From Pseudorhodobacter sp. (GTDB taxonomy: Bacteria; Pseudomonadota; Alphaproteobacteria; Rhodobacterales; Rhodobacteraceae), in contig NZ_JAKDLJ010000001.1 in the NCBI RefSeq assembly GCF_030452865.1, positions 1 through 58,179 of the forward strand: 58,179 nucleotides of DNA. The letters are read 5' to 3'. Position numbers and translations under genes: made by a program. Positions 35,917 through 44,205 of the stretch are shown in pieces. The notes under the pieces were generated by a model. It saw only the letters and a program-made list of their open reading frames with translations. It was not told the DNA's origin and did no database searches. Positions within the stretch are counted from its first letter, which is position 1. Each line of letters opens with the position of its first letter.

Positions 35917-36889
35917 TTCCCATATCCATCTGTGAATGATCCATTCCAGCCATTGGGGTCTCGACCGGCGTCGGTGCGGGCGCAGGAATGTCGCCCGTGC
36001 CTTCGGGGTCGAGGAGATAGGTGGCAATGGCCTCGCGGTCGGCAGCGCTCAGGAAAGACGTGCCCTCAGCGACGACCTCGGCCATGCTGCCGCCGAAAGC
36101 ATCCCCGTTGGGCAGAATCCCGGACTGAAGCGCGTAAGCCAGGTTCGCAATGCCCCAACCTTTTGCGAGGAGAGCGTCACTCAGAATTGGCGGTGCTTTG
36201 CTGCCCCCTGGAAGGCTGTCGTTCCCGGCAAAGCGGGCGCCGTCATCAAGGCCCCCTGCCAGGGTCCGGCCCGTGTGACAGGCAGCGCAATGTGCAGCCC
36301 CTTCGACCAGCACCCGCCCGCGGTTCCACGGGGAAGACGTGCCCATAAGTGCATCCGTATCGGGCGTCTCAAGGTAGGCCGCGCGCCAGAGCTTCAGTCC
36401 CGATCTGAAACTGAAGGGAAAGCCGACGTCATGGGATGGGGCTGCATCGCCAACAGCCGGGACAGTGCGGAACGCCTCCCAGAGGTCGGCAATGTCCTGA
36501 TCGGAAAAACCGGCGTAGAAGGAGTAGGTGAAGACCGGATAGTAGGGGTCGCCGTCGGGCGACACCCCTTGGCGCACGGCCCTGGCGAAATCCTGCACAG
36601 TCCAGCGCCCGATCCCGGCCTCCCGATGTGGTGTGATGTTCGGTGGCACAAAGGTGCCGAAAGGTGTGTCAAGAGGTGTACCTCCCGCGAGCGCCAGTCC
36701 TTTGGCGGCCGAGTTGGTATGGCAGGACACGCAGCCACTTGCGCGCGCGAGATAGGCCCCACGTTCAGCATCGCCGGAAGGAAAGCTCGCGGGCTCGACC
36801 TCCCCGATCGGCCACAGTGCCAACACCCCGGCACCTATCCCTGCCACGATGGCTGGGAAGACAAAGGAAAGCCGGATCAAACCTCGCAT
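35906..36889 (-). CDS. Diheme cytochrome c
   Basis: CVSCH and CAACH, PPNITP, YYPVFTY; C-terminal MAGMDHSQMDM tail. Confidence 0.88.
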   Translation of the reverse strand: MRGLIRLSFVFPAIVAGIGAGVLALWPIGEVEPASFPSGDAERGAYLARASGCVSCHTNSAAKGLALAGGTPLDTPFGTFVPPNITPHREAGIGRWTVQDFARAVRQGVSPDGDPYYPVFTYSFYAGFSDQDIADLWEAFRTVPAVGDAAPSHDVGFPFSFRSGLKLWRAAYLETPDTDALMGTSSPWNRGRVLVEGAAHCAACHTGRTLAGGLDDGARFAGNDSLPGGSKAPPILSDALLAKGWGIANLAYALQSGILPNGDAFGGSMAEVVAEGTSFLSAADREAIATYLLDPEGTGDIPAPAPTPVETPMAGMDHSQMDMGNGN

Positions 36890-36891
36890 GG

Positions 36892-37536
36892 TCAGTTCCG
36901 GCCCGCGCGAAACTGCGCATGACAGGAAGAGCATGTCGCGCTGATCCGGTTGAAGAGGTCGTCCGCCGCCAGTGTCGTCAGATCGAGCTCCAAAATTGTC
37001 GGGTCGGATGTCCCGCGTGTCACCGCGATCTTTTCCGAAGCCGCTCCGTATCCCATCAATTCCGCGACCGTGAAGCCCTGCGCTGGTTGCGGTGTTCCCG
37101 TCATGTCCATGCCCGAGTGATCCATGCCAGCCATCTCGCCAGCTGGCGAAATCGCGGGCTCGAGGCCGTTCGGGGCAGCTTCAGCCAAGGCATCAGCATA
37201 GACCTTCAGCTCTTCGGAGAGGGCCGCGAACTGCTGCCAATCAGCCCAGATTTCCGGCTTGGCATAGGTGACGCCTTCAAGGCTGTTTTCAGGGAAGAGC
37301 GACAGCATCGTCCCGCCCGCATGACTTGCAATGACGCTGGCACCTTCAGACACAATGAAGCTGTCGTAGGGCACGGTGCCCTGCATCATCGGTGCCAATT
37401 CCGCGATGGTGTCGCGCATTGCCGTCATTCCGTTCATTCGGTCCAGGACGACGCCCGTCGCCCCCGTATGTGCCAGCGCCACTGCCGCGACGGCGGAAGC
37501 GGCAAGCGCGATCGCGCCCGTCCATTGTGATTTCAT
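36892..37536 (-). CDS. Class II cytochrome c (c'/c556-like) with Met-rich insert
   Basis: Signal peptide, AKPEIW, C-terminal CSSCH; internal MAGMDHSGMDM. Confidence 0.82.
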   Translation of the reverse strand: MKSQWTGAIALAASAVAAVALAHTGATGVVLDRMNGMTAMRDTIAELAPMMQGTVPYDSFIVSEGASVIASHAGGTMLSLFPENSLEGVTYAKPEIWADWQQFAALSEELKVYADALAEAAPNGLEPAISPAGEMAGMDHSGMDMTGTPQPAQGFTVAELMGYGAASEKIAVTRGTSDPTILELDLTTLAADDLFNRISATCSSCHAQFRAGRN

Positions 37537-37703
37537 CGGCCTGACTGCCCTTGGTTTCTTGTTGTTGATCATTGGCTGCGCCCTGCCGGTCAGGCGGGTC
37601 ACAGCTTGGGACGAATTCTCGTGTCAGGCTGAGAAAGAGTTGAACCTGAGCCAGTCTTTCAAACCGGCTCGTCTGGTCATCGAACAATCGTTCGGCCCGA
37701 CTG

Positions 37704-38078
37704 TCAGGTCAGGATTCGCGGGGGAGGGAGTGTGATGGCCGGACCGCCAAAACGGCGTTGCGACTGCTCAGCGCCGGGCTGAAGCACAGCCGGAACGACC
37801 GTGGGCTGTATCGATGACAGAGCATCTGGCAAAACGAACGCCGTGCAAATCACGCCGGGGTGGCAGGCAGGCGTTGCGGAAGATTGCTGGTCGGGTGTAT
37901 CGGCAGCCTCGACGGTGAGGTCGGAATGATGCTCGTTGCCAGACGCTGCTTCTGCAGACTGTCCCAACACCAAGCCCATGACCAGAGCGACAGTCAGAAG
38001 CCACATCGACACGAAGCGCGACAACCTGCGGACAAGCAGGTTTTGCGGGAGGGCCAAAGGGGTTGCTGTCGATTTCAT
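37704..38078 (-). CDS. CutF/CruR-like leader peptide within the CueR operon
   Basis: Hydrophobic signal, EHH, CHPGVIC, C-terminal LPPPRILT*. Confidence 0.65.
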   Translation of the reverse strand: MKSTATPLALPQNLLVRRLSRFVSMWLLTVALVMGLVLGQSAEAASGNEHHSDLTVEAADTPDQQSSATPACHPGVICTAFVLPDALSSIQPTVVPAVLQPGAEQSQRRFGGPAITLPPPRILT

Positions 38079-38082
38079 CTGT

Positions 38083-38643
38083 TCAGATCAGCTTGACTTT
38101 CGTTCCGACCGGCGTGCGATCGAACACCTCTTCGATGTGCTCATTGTAAAGCCCGATACAGCCGTTCGACGAGCGGCGACCGATCTTGCGCGTGTCGTGG
38201 GTACCATGAATCCGGTAGTACTGCCACGATAGATACAGGGCGCGGGTGCCGAGCGGATTGGTCGGATCGCCTCCTGGCACAAAGGCTGGCCATTCCGGGT
38301 TGCGCTCCCGCATCGAGGGCGTCGGAGCCCAGCTCGGGTTTTCCCGCTTCTCGACGACCTCGGTATATCCCCGCCGGGTCAATTCATCCGACAGCGGAAC
38401 CGAAGTGGGGTAGAGAAACATCTGACCATCGCTCGTCCAGTGCTGGAGAACCTTGGCTGTGGTGTCAGAGATGATAACCCCCACCCCAAGCGAGTCGAAG
38501 TGGTCCTGCCACTCATGGGTACGGAACGCCGAGATGTTGTTTCGGACGGGCCCTTGGTTATCCTCGGTTGCGAAGGCTGCCCGGCCCGTCAAGAAAGGCG
38601 CGGCAAGGGCTCCGGCAACGAAAAGTCGTCGACTGAATCGCAT
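38083..38643 (-). CDS. L,D-transpeptidase, Tat signal
   Basis: SRRLF; NPLGTRALYL, RIHGT..SSNGCIGL; AGGAGG RBS. Confidence 0.9.
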   Translation of the reverse strand: MRFSRRLFVAGALAAPFLTGRAAFATEDNQGPVRNNISAFRTHEWQDHFDSLGVGVIISDTTAKVLQHWTSDGQMFLYPTSVPLSDELTRRGYTEVVEKRENPSWAPTPSMRERNPEWPAFVPGGDPTNPLGTRALYLSWQYYRIHGTHDTRKIGRRSSNGCIGLYNEHIEEVFDRTPVGTKVKLI

Positions 38644-38665
38644 GGTCTGCTCCTCCTTTTTTTAA

Positions 38666-38696
38666 CCTCTGCCGGGTTCCAACGTGGGAAGGTCAA
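38666..38696 (-). promoter_or_regulatory. CueR-type promoter
   Basis: TTGACC-TTCCCACGTTGGAACCCGG (19 bp); matches the copA/copZ boxes; weak -10. Confidence 0.7.
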
Positions 38697-38825
38697 ATCG
38701 CTTCCCGTCTCACAGGGGTAACAAAGAGGTGAAGCCGTGACGCTTTCGCCGATTTTGTTTGGAAATTCTCTGCTCACTTCGATGTGAACACCTCTCCCAT
38801 ACACCAAGAGCGCTATTCTGCTCCC

Positions 38826-39128
38826 ATGCGTAAGCTCGCGAACATTCTGTGTGGTCTGTGCTTGCTCGTCGCCCTTCTCTGGGCGGCGCTTCCTGATCAC
38901 TCATCCCACGGCGCGCATGTCGATCATGCTCAAACCGCAGCTGTGGACCAGGAGGCCCTTTGCAGCGACGGCTCAGGCCATGCCTCCTGCCAGCTTGTTG
39001 CAACTGCCACCTTGTCATTTTTCGAGGTGGCACCGTCTGCCAAGCCAGCGCAGTTCGTGATCACGCCGGTCTCAGCTTCGAGCCGAGCCTTTGCCCCCCA
39101 ACGTCCTCCTCCGCGAACCTTTCTCTGA
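38826..39128 (+). CDS. CutF/CruR-like leader peptide
   Basis: Signal peptide, HSSHGAHVDH, CSDGSGHASC, C-terminal QRPPPRTFL*; TATTCT 6 nt before ATG suggests a leaderless mRNA. Confidence 0.7.
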   Translation: MRKLANILCGLCLLVALLWAALPDHSSHGAHVDHAQTAAVDQEALCSDGSGHASCQLVATATLSFFEVAPSAKPAQFVITPVSASSRAFAPQRPPPRTFL

Positions 39129-39166
39129 GTGAACCCTCGTCCTTCACGTTCCCCTCAGGAGTCCGC

Positions 39167-39730
39167 ATGATTTTCCGTCGAAACTTTCTCACCGGCGTAG
39201 CCGCCGCAGCCCTGTCGATGCCAACTGTCCTTCGTGCCCATACCGAAGAACCCTTTGTTTTGGCCGACGAATTTCAACCTCGCGAGGTCCGAGTCCGAGA
39301 GCAACATGCCCCCGGTCAGATCCTCGTCTTCCCGCGAAGCTTCTTTCTCTATTATGTTTTCGATTCCGAGCGGGCCGTCAGGTACGGTGTCGGCGTCGGC
39401 AAGGCCGGTCTGGCATTCAAGGGTTCGGCAATCATCGAACGCAAGGCCGAATGGCCGTCATGGCGCCCGACAAACGACATGATCCGCCGGAATCCCGATC
39501 GCTATGCCCAATTCGCCGAAGGGGTGCCGGGCGGTCCGGGCAACCCACTGGGCGCCCGAGCCCTCTACCTCTACCGCGATGGGCGCGACACCTACTACCG
39601 GATTCACGGCACGACAGAGCCCTGGTCGATTGGACAATCAGTGTCGAACGGCTGCATCAGGATGCTGAACGACCATGTGATCCAACTCTACGAGCACGTA
39701 CCCGTCGGAACACCAGTGACAGTCCTGTGA
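39167..39730 (+). CDS. L,D-transpeptidase, Tat signal
   Basis: FRRNFL; NPLGARALYL, RIHGT..VSNGCIRM. Confidence 0.9.
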   Translation: MIFRRNFLTGVAAAALSMPTVLRAHTEEPFVLADEFQPREVRVREQHAPGQILVFPRSFFLYYVFDSERAVRYGVGVGKAGLAFKGSAIIERKAEWPSWRPTNDMIRRNPDRYAQFAEGVPGGPGNPLGARALYLYRDGRDTYYRIHGTTEPWSIGQSVSNGCIRMLNDHVIQLYEHVPVGTPVTVL

Positions 39731-40494
39731 CGATCCGCCGTCGTGATCTCTTTGTAGTGGGGGGAATCATAGCCTTGATCTATGGACTGCGGGCCTTGCC
39801 TTGGGACCGGCTTGGCGGACGCGGGCTCTCCTATGTCGACATCGAGGGTGTGCCGCCATTTCGTCGACTGGAGCTGGCCGGTCAGACCTCCACGGCAAAC
39901 ATCGCCCTTGTCGGTCTCGATGGGCCACTACCTGATGCGGGAGCACGCAGGGCGCGCATGGAGACCCTGCGCACTGACCCATGCCCAGCCCTGTTCGGAA
40001 ATAACTCCCCGGATGCTGTGGTTCCGATCGCCTACTTCAGTGAGTTTCGTTGCCCCTTCTGCCGTGCACTCGAGCGGGATCTTGAGACCCTGCTGGCCGA
40101 AGATCCGGCTGCGTACCGGCTCGTGCAACACGAACTTCCAATCTTCGGGCCGCCGTCTGAACTGGCCGCCCGGGCATCTGTTGCCGCCGCACGTCAGGGC
40201 AAGCAACAGGAGCTTCGCCGCCGCTTCATGCGGACACCGATGGTTGCCGAAGAGGCCTCGGTAAGGCGTGTTGCGGAGACCCTTGATCTGGATGTCGAGC
40301 AGCTCTTGATCGACATGTCCTCCGCCGGGGTTCAGGCTGAGCTCGACCGAACACGCGCACTTGCCGATCTCTTCGGGTTCATCGGTACCCCAGGTCTGGT
40401 GATCGGACGGACCGTGCTCAGCGGTGCGGTTCCCCTCTCACTCCTTCGGCAGATTGCGCAAGAGGAGAAGGCCGAACCAATTCCGGCCTGTTGA
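39727..40494 (+). CDS. DsbA family protein
   Basis: GTGA coupling; RRRDLF, SEFRCPFC, FIGTPG. Confidence 0.82.
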   Translation: MTIRRRDLFVVGGIIALIYGLRALPWDRLGGRGLSYVDIEGVPPFRRLELAGQTSTANIALVGLDGPLPDAGARRARMETLRTDPCPALFGNNSPDAVVPIAYFSEFRCPFCRALERDLETLLAEDPAAYRLVQHELPIFGPPSELAARASVAAARQGKQQELRRRFMRTPMVAEEASVRRVAETLDLDVEQLLIDMSSAGVQAELDRTRALADLFGFIGTPGLVIGRTVLSGAVPLSLLRQIAQEEKAEPIPAC

Positions 40495-40498
40495 TACG

Positions 40499-41086
40499 AT
40501 GAACACACCAACCCATATGTTGATCGGGGCTGTAGTCTTTGCGCGTGCCGTCGTGCCGACCACTCTGGTAGCGGCCATGCTGGGCGGCCTCGCCCCTGAT
40601 GTTCCGATGTTTGCGCTGGTGCTTTGGTCGACCCGCCTGGCTGGAATTCCCCAGCATGAAGTCTTCGGAAGCCTCTTCTACTCGGACTCATGGCAGGCCG
40701 TCTTTGCCGTCGATCACAGCTTTTTCGTCTGGGGGCTGCTTCTTGCTCTTGGACACTGGCGACGTCACCTCATTCTCACCGCCTTTGCAGGAGCAGGCTT
40801 TTTGCATGCGGCCACCGACTTCGTCACCCATCGTGACGATGCCCGCCGCCAATTCTGGCCCGTGTCGGACTGGGTATTCCGCAGTCCGGTCAGCTACTGG
40901 GACCCGAACTATTACGGCGGTATCATCGGCGTGGTGGAACTTGGGCTGGTTCTGTTCGCCACTGTCTTTCTCTGCTGGCGGCACCGAAAACTCTGGCAGC
41001 GCGTCGTGATCGTCATTTTGGCCGCTGTGTTCGTCGTACCCGTGATTGTCACAGGCGGCTTCCACGGACTTCACGGCATGGGCTGA
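40499..41086 (+). CDS. Membrane-bound metal-dependent hydrolase family protein
   Basis: MNTPTH, LAPD, DHS, LH..DF.TH.DD, FWP. Confidence 0.72.
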   Translation: MNTPTHMLIGAVVFARAVVPTTLVAAMLGGLAPDVPMFALVLWSTRLAGIPQHEVFGSLFYSDSWQAVFAVDHSFFVWGLLLALGHWRRHLILTAFAGAGFLHAATDFVTHRDDARRQFWPVSDWVFRSPVSYWDPNYYGGIIGVVELGLVLFATVFLCWRHRKLWQRVVIVILAAVFVVPVIVTGGFHGLHGMG

Positions 41087-41214
41087 AAGAGCGCAACGCA
41101 GCCTGCTCCAGGTTCCCGCTCGGCATGGCTTGAATGGCCATTCTGGATTGATCGCGCCGCCCCTCACAGCTTACCGAAAAGCCCGCTTGGTCGTCCCAAG
41201 CGCTCAATGTCTTC

Positions 41215-43314
41215 TTAGCTCGATCTGTATCGCCGCAGGAGTTGTGCATTGATCGCTACAATAATGGTCGATGCCGACATGAATACGGCGCCGACTGCGG
41301 GTGTCATCAGGAAGCCGGTGCCGAACGTGATGCCAGCAGCCATTGGAATGGCAAATGCGTTGTATCCGGTCGCCCAGATCAGGTTTTGCACCATCTTCGA
41401 ATATGTCGCTCGAGACAGGCCAAGAATGGCCTCCACATCCCGTGGGTCAGAACGCACCAGGACCACGTCGGCGGATTCCACGGCGACATCCGTTCCCGCA
41501 CCAATGGCAATCCCAAGATCGGCTTCGACGAGCGCTGGCGCGTCATTTACGCCGTCACCGACCATTGCAACCTTCAGACCCCGGGCTCGCAGCTGCTTCA
41601 CACGGGCAGCCTTCTGATCCGGCAGGACCTGGGCAAAGTATTCATCGAGGCCGAGTTCTGCGGCGACTGACTTCGCGACACCCTCTGCGTCTCCCGTCAT
41701 CATGATTGACCGGACACCCCTGGCCTTGAGACGCGCCACGACATCACGCGATTCCGCGCGCACGATGTCGGCCAGGGCCAGCAGCGCATAGGGCTGGCCG
41801 CCCACCTCCAGCACCACGACTGTCTTGCCTGCCTCCTCCAGCAGAGCAAGGCGGGGGTCGGTTACAGGCCTGTCCTGCCGCCGGAGATGACCGGGGCTGA
41901 CAATCGCGATTTCCCGCCCGTCCACGCGCGCCCTGACGCCCGCACCCGTGATACTCTGCAAGCCTTCCGGGGCCGGATATTCAATGCCACGGGCCTTTGC
42001 TGCGGCGACAATTCCCGTGGCGATAGGATGCTGCGACTGGCTTTCAACCGATGCCGCCAAACGCAAGGCGGTCGTCTCGTCGCCATCTTGCAGCAACACC
42101 AGATCGCTCACGCCGAATCTGCCTTCAGTCAGCGTGCCGGTCTTGTCAAAGACCACGGCATTCAGATCCCGCGCACGCTCAAAAGCGGCACGGTCGCGAA
42201 TCAGCAGTCCATTGCGCGCTGCCAGCGATGTCGAGACGGCCACGACAAGCGGCACGGCAAGGCCAAGCGCATGCGGACACGCGATGACCATGACTGTCAC
42301 CATCCGCTCAAGCGCAAAGGTCGCCCCCGCTCCGACCGCATACCAGTAACCGAACGATCCGAGGCCGACGGTGATGGCAATCCAAGTCAGGACAGTCGCT
42401 GCGCGCGAGGCCAGATCCTGTGTACGCGAGCGGCTGTCCTGCGCCACTTTCACCATGGCGATGACCTGCGACAGGTAGGTTGCCTCGCCCGTCGCCTTCA
42501 CCTCGATGGTAACGGCACCTTCGCCATTTACCGCACCGCCGATGACAACCTCGCCCGCAGACCGCGTGACAGGTTTCGATTCCCCGGTCAGCATGGCCTC
42601 GTTGAAGGATGATGTGCCTTCGATGATCTTTCCATCGACCGGCACCTTCGCACCGGGGCGGATCACGACCCGGTCGCCGGCGATCAAGGCCGCGACGGGC
42701 ACGTCCTCCGTTCCACCGTCCGCGGTAACGCGCAGTGCGGTATCGGGCAGCAGGCGGACCAGTTCCTCCAAAGCGCGAGAAGCGCCGAGGACGGACCGCA
42801 TTTCAAGCCAATGGCCCAAAAGCATGATCGTGACGAGCGTGGCCAGTTCCCAATAGAACGGCTCTCCGCCGGGCAGTCCCAGCGTGACGGCAGCCGAGTA
42901 GAAATAGGCTGTAGAGATGGCAAGCGCGACCAGCGTCATCATGCCCGGACGACCACTGCGGATTTCCGGAAGTGCCCCTTTCAGGAAGGGCCAGCCGCCC
43001 CAGAAATAGATGATCGAAGACAGGGCCAGCGCGACCCACTCTTCGCCAGCAAACAGGGGTGCCATCCCTTGCCCCGTAAAGTCCCGCACCATCGGCGACA
43101 GCACCAAGACTGGGACAGTCAAGACGAGGCATACCCAGAACCGGCGGCGGAAATCGGCCACCATGTCGCCATGTCCTGCGTGTGCACTACCCCCCTGTGG
43201 CGCATGCCCCATCGCGGTGTGATCAACGGCGGGCTTAGCACCATGGCCCATCCCGGCATGGTCCATTCCGGCCATCGGCGGGTGGATGTCCGGTTTCTGC
43301 GCGTTACTGGCCAT
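41215..43314 (-). CDS. copB: Copper P1B-3 ATPase (CopB type)
   Basis: His/Met-rich N-terminus, CPHALGL, DKTGT, YN, MSAST. Confidence 0.9.
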   Translation of the reverse strand: MASNAQKPDIHPPMAGMDHAGMGHGAKPAVDHTAMGHAPQGGSAHAGHGDMVADFRRRFWVCLVLTVPVLVLSPMVRDFTGQGMAPLFAGEEWVALALSSIIYFWGGWPFLKGALPEIRSGRPGMMTLVALAISTAYFYSAAVTLGLPGGEPFYWELATLVTIMLLGHWLEMRSVLGASRALEELVRLLPDTALRVTADGGTEDVPVAALIAGDRVVIRPGAKVPVDGKIIEGTSSFNEAMLTGESKPVTRSAGEVVIGGAVNGEGAVTIEVKATGEATYLSQVIAMVKVAQDSRSRTQDLASRAATVLTWIAITVGLGSFGYWYAVGAGATFALERMVTVMVIACPHALGLAVPLVVAVSTSLAARNGLLIRDRAAFERARDLNAVVFDKTGTLTEGRFGVSDLVLLQDGDETTALRLAASVESQSQHPIATGIVAAAKARGIEYPAPEGLQSITGAGVRARVDGREIAIVSPGHLRRQDRPVTDPRLALLEEAGKTVVVLEVGGQPYALLALADIVRAESRDVVARLKARGVRSIMMTGDAEGVAKSVAAELGLDEYFAQVLPDQKAARVKQLRARGLKVAMVGDGVNDAPALVEADLGIAIGAGTDVAVESADVVLVRSDPRDVEAILGLSRATYSKMVQNLIWATGYNAFAIPMAAGITFGTGFLMTPAVGAVFMSASTIIVAINAQLLRRYRSS

Positions 43315-43391
43315 CAAACCGAACTCCTTTGCGTCTCGTATCGCACGCGGCGCGGCCGATCCCGACCGCGCCGCCTAAGATCATCCCGGGC

Positions 43392-43817
43392 TTACAAGCC
43401 CTTGGTGGCGAGAAAGGCCTTGAGCGTGGCGATCTCGGATTCCTGCGCCGCGATGATCGCTTCAGCCAGCTCGCGCATCCCGGGATCCGTGCCGAATTCT
43501 AGCTGGATCTTCGCCATGTCGATGGCGGCCTGGTGGTGCGGGATCATGCCCCGGGCGAAATCGATATCCGGGTCGCCGGTATAGGGGACCATCATGTCGG
43601 CCATCATCTTGTCCATCGCGGCAGCGCTGGCGACGGTAGCCGGGTCATTGGCGAGTTCCGGGGGTATCAGGGTCGCATGGCTCATCATGCCCATATCCCC
43701 CATGCCCATGCCACCCATGTTGGAGTGGTCCATGCCTTGCATGGTTTGCTGGGCAAATGCGATCCCGCCGACAACAGCAACAGCCACAATAGACAGCGCG
43801 AGAGTACGTTTGTTCAT
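43392..43817 (-). CDS. DUF305 (CopM-like) periplasmic copper-binding protein
   Basis: Met-rich; DFARGMIPHHQAAIDMA, IIAAQESEI. Confidence 0.88.
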   Translation of the reverse strand: MNKRTLALSIVAVAVVGGIAFAQQTMQGMDHSNMGGMGMGDMGMMSHATLIPPELANDPATVASAAAMDKMMADMMVPYTGDPDIDFARGMIPHHQAAIDMAKIQLEFGTDPGMRELAEAIIAAQESEIATLKAFLATKGL

Positions 43818-43846
43818 TCAGATTTTCCTTCGATGGTTATGTTTTG

Positions 43847-44035
43847 TCAGGCAGGCGCGTAGCCGACCTCAGTCAGCGCAGCGACCAATCGGTCGCGAGA
43901 AGCCGCTGATTTCACTTCGACCTTGTGCGAGGCCGGATCTGCGCTCACCTTAGCGGTGGGGTCCACCGCCTGGATCGCCTTGGTCACACTGCGTGCGCAG
44001 CCGCCGCAGGTCATGTTCTCGATATGGAACTGCAT
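43847..44035 (-). CDS. copZ: Copper chaperone CopZ
   Basis: MTCGGC HMA domain; AAGGAG RBS. Confidence 0.9.
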   Translation of the reverse strand: MQFHIENMTCGGCARSVTKAIQAVDPTAKVSADPASHKVEVKSAASRDRLVAALTEVGYAPA

Positions 44036-44071
44036 GAGTGTCTCCTTTTGGACAATCGCCTCATGCAACTC

Positions 44072-44102
44072 GATATGGGCCTTCCCACCGTTGTAAGGTC
44101 AA
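44072..44102 (-). promoter_or_regulatory. CueR promoter for copZ-DUF305-copB
   Basis: TTGACC-TTACAACGGTGGGAAGGCC-CATATC, 19 bp spacer. Confidence 0.85.
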
Positions 44103-44140
44103 GGGAACAAATCCGTGAACAGACAAATTGAAATCAGGGC

Positions 44141-44171
44141 TTGACCTTACCATCATGGGAAGCCTTATCTC
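44141..44171 (+). promoter_or_regulatory. CueR promoter for copA-cueR
   Basis: TTGACC-TTACCATCATGGGAAGCCT-TATCTC, 19 bp spacer. Confidence 0.85.
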
Positions 44172-44205
44172 AGTCAGCGGAGTAACTCGCCACTGGAGTG
44201 CCGCG

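Noticed and set aside
38700-38726. Second CueR box for the rightward operon (CTTCCC..GGGGTAA)
   Set aside because: Poor dyad and no properly placed -35
40499-41086. Cobalamin synthesis gene cobQ (a label sometimes given to this family)
   Set aside because: Small membrane protein lacking the ATPase and glutaminase domains of CobQ
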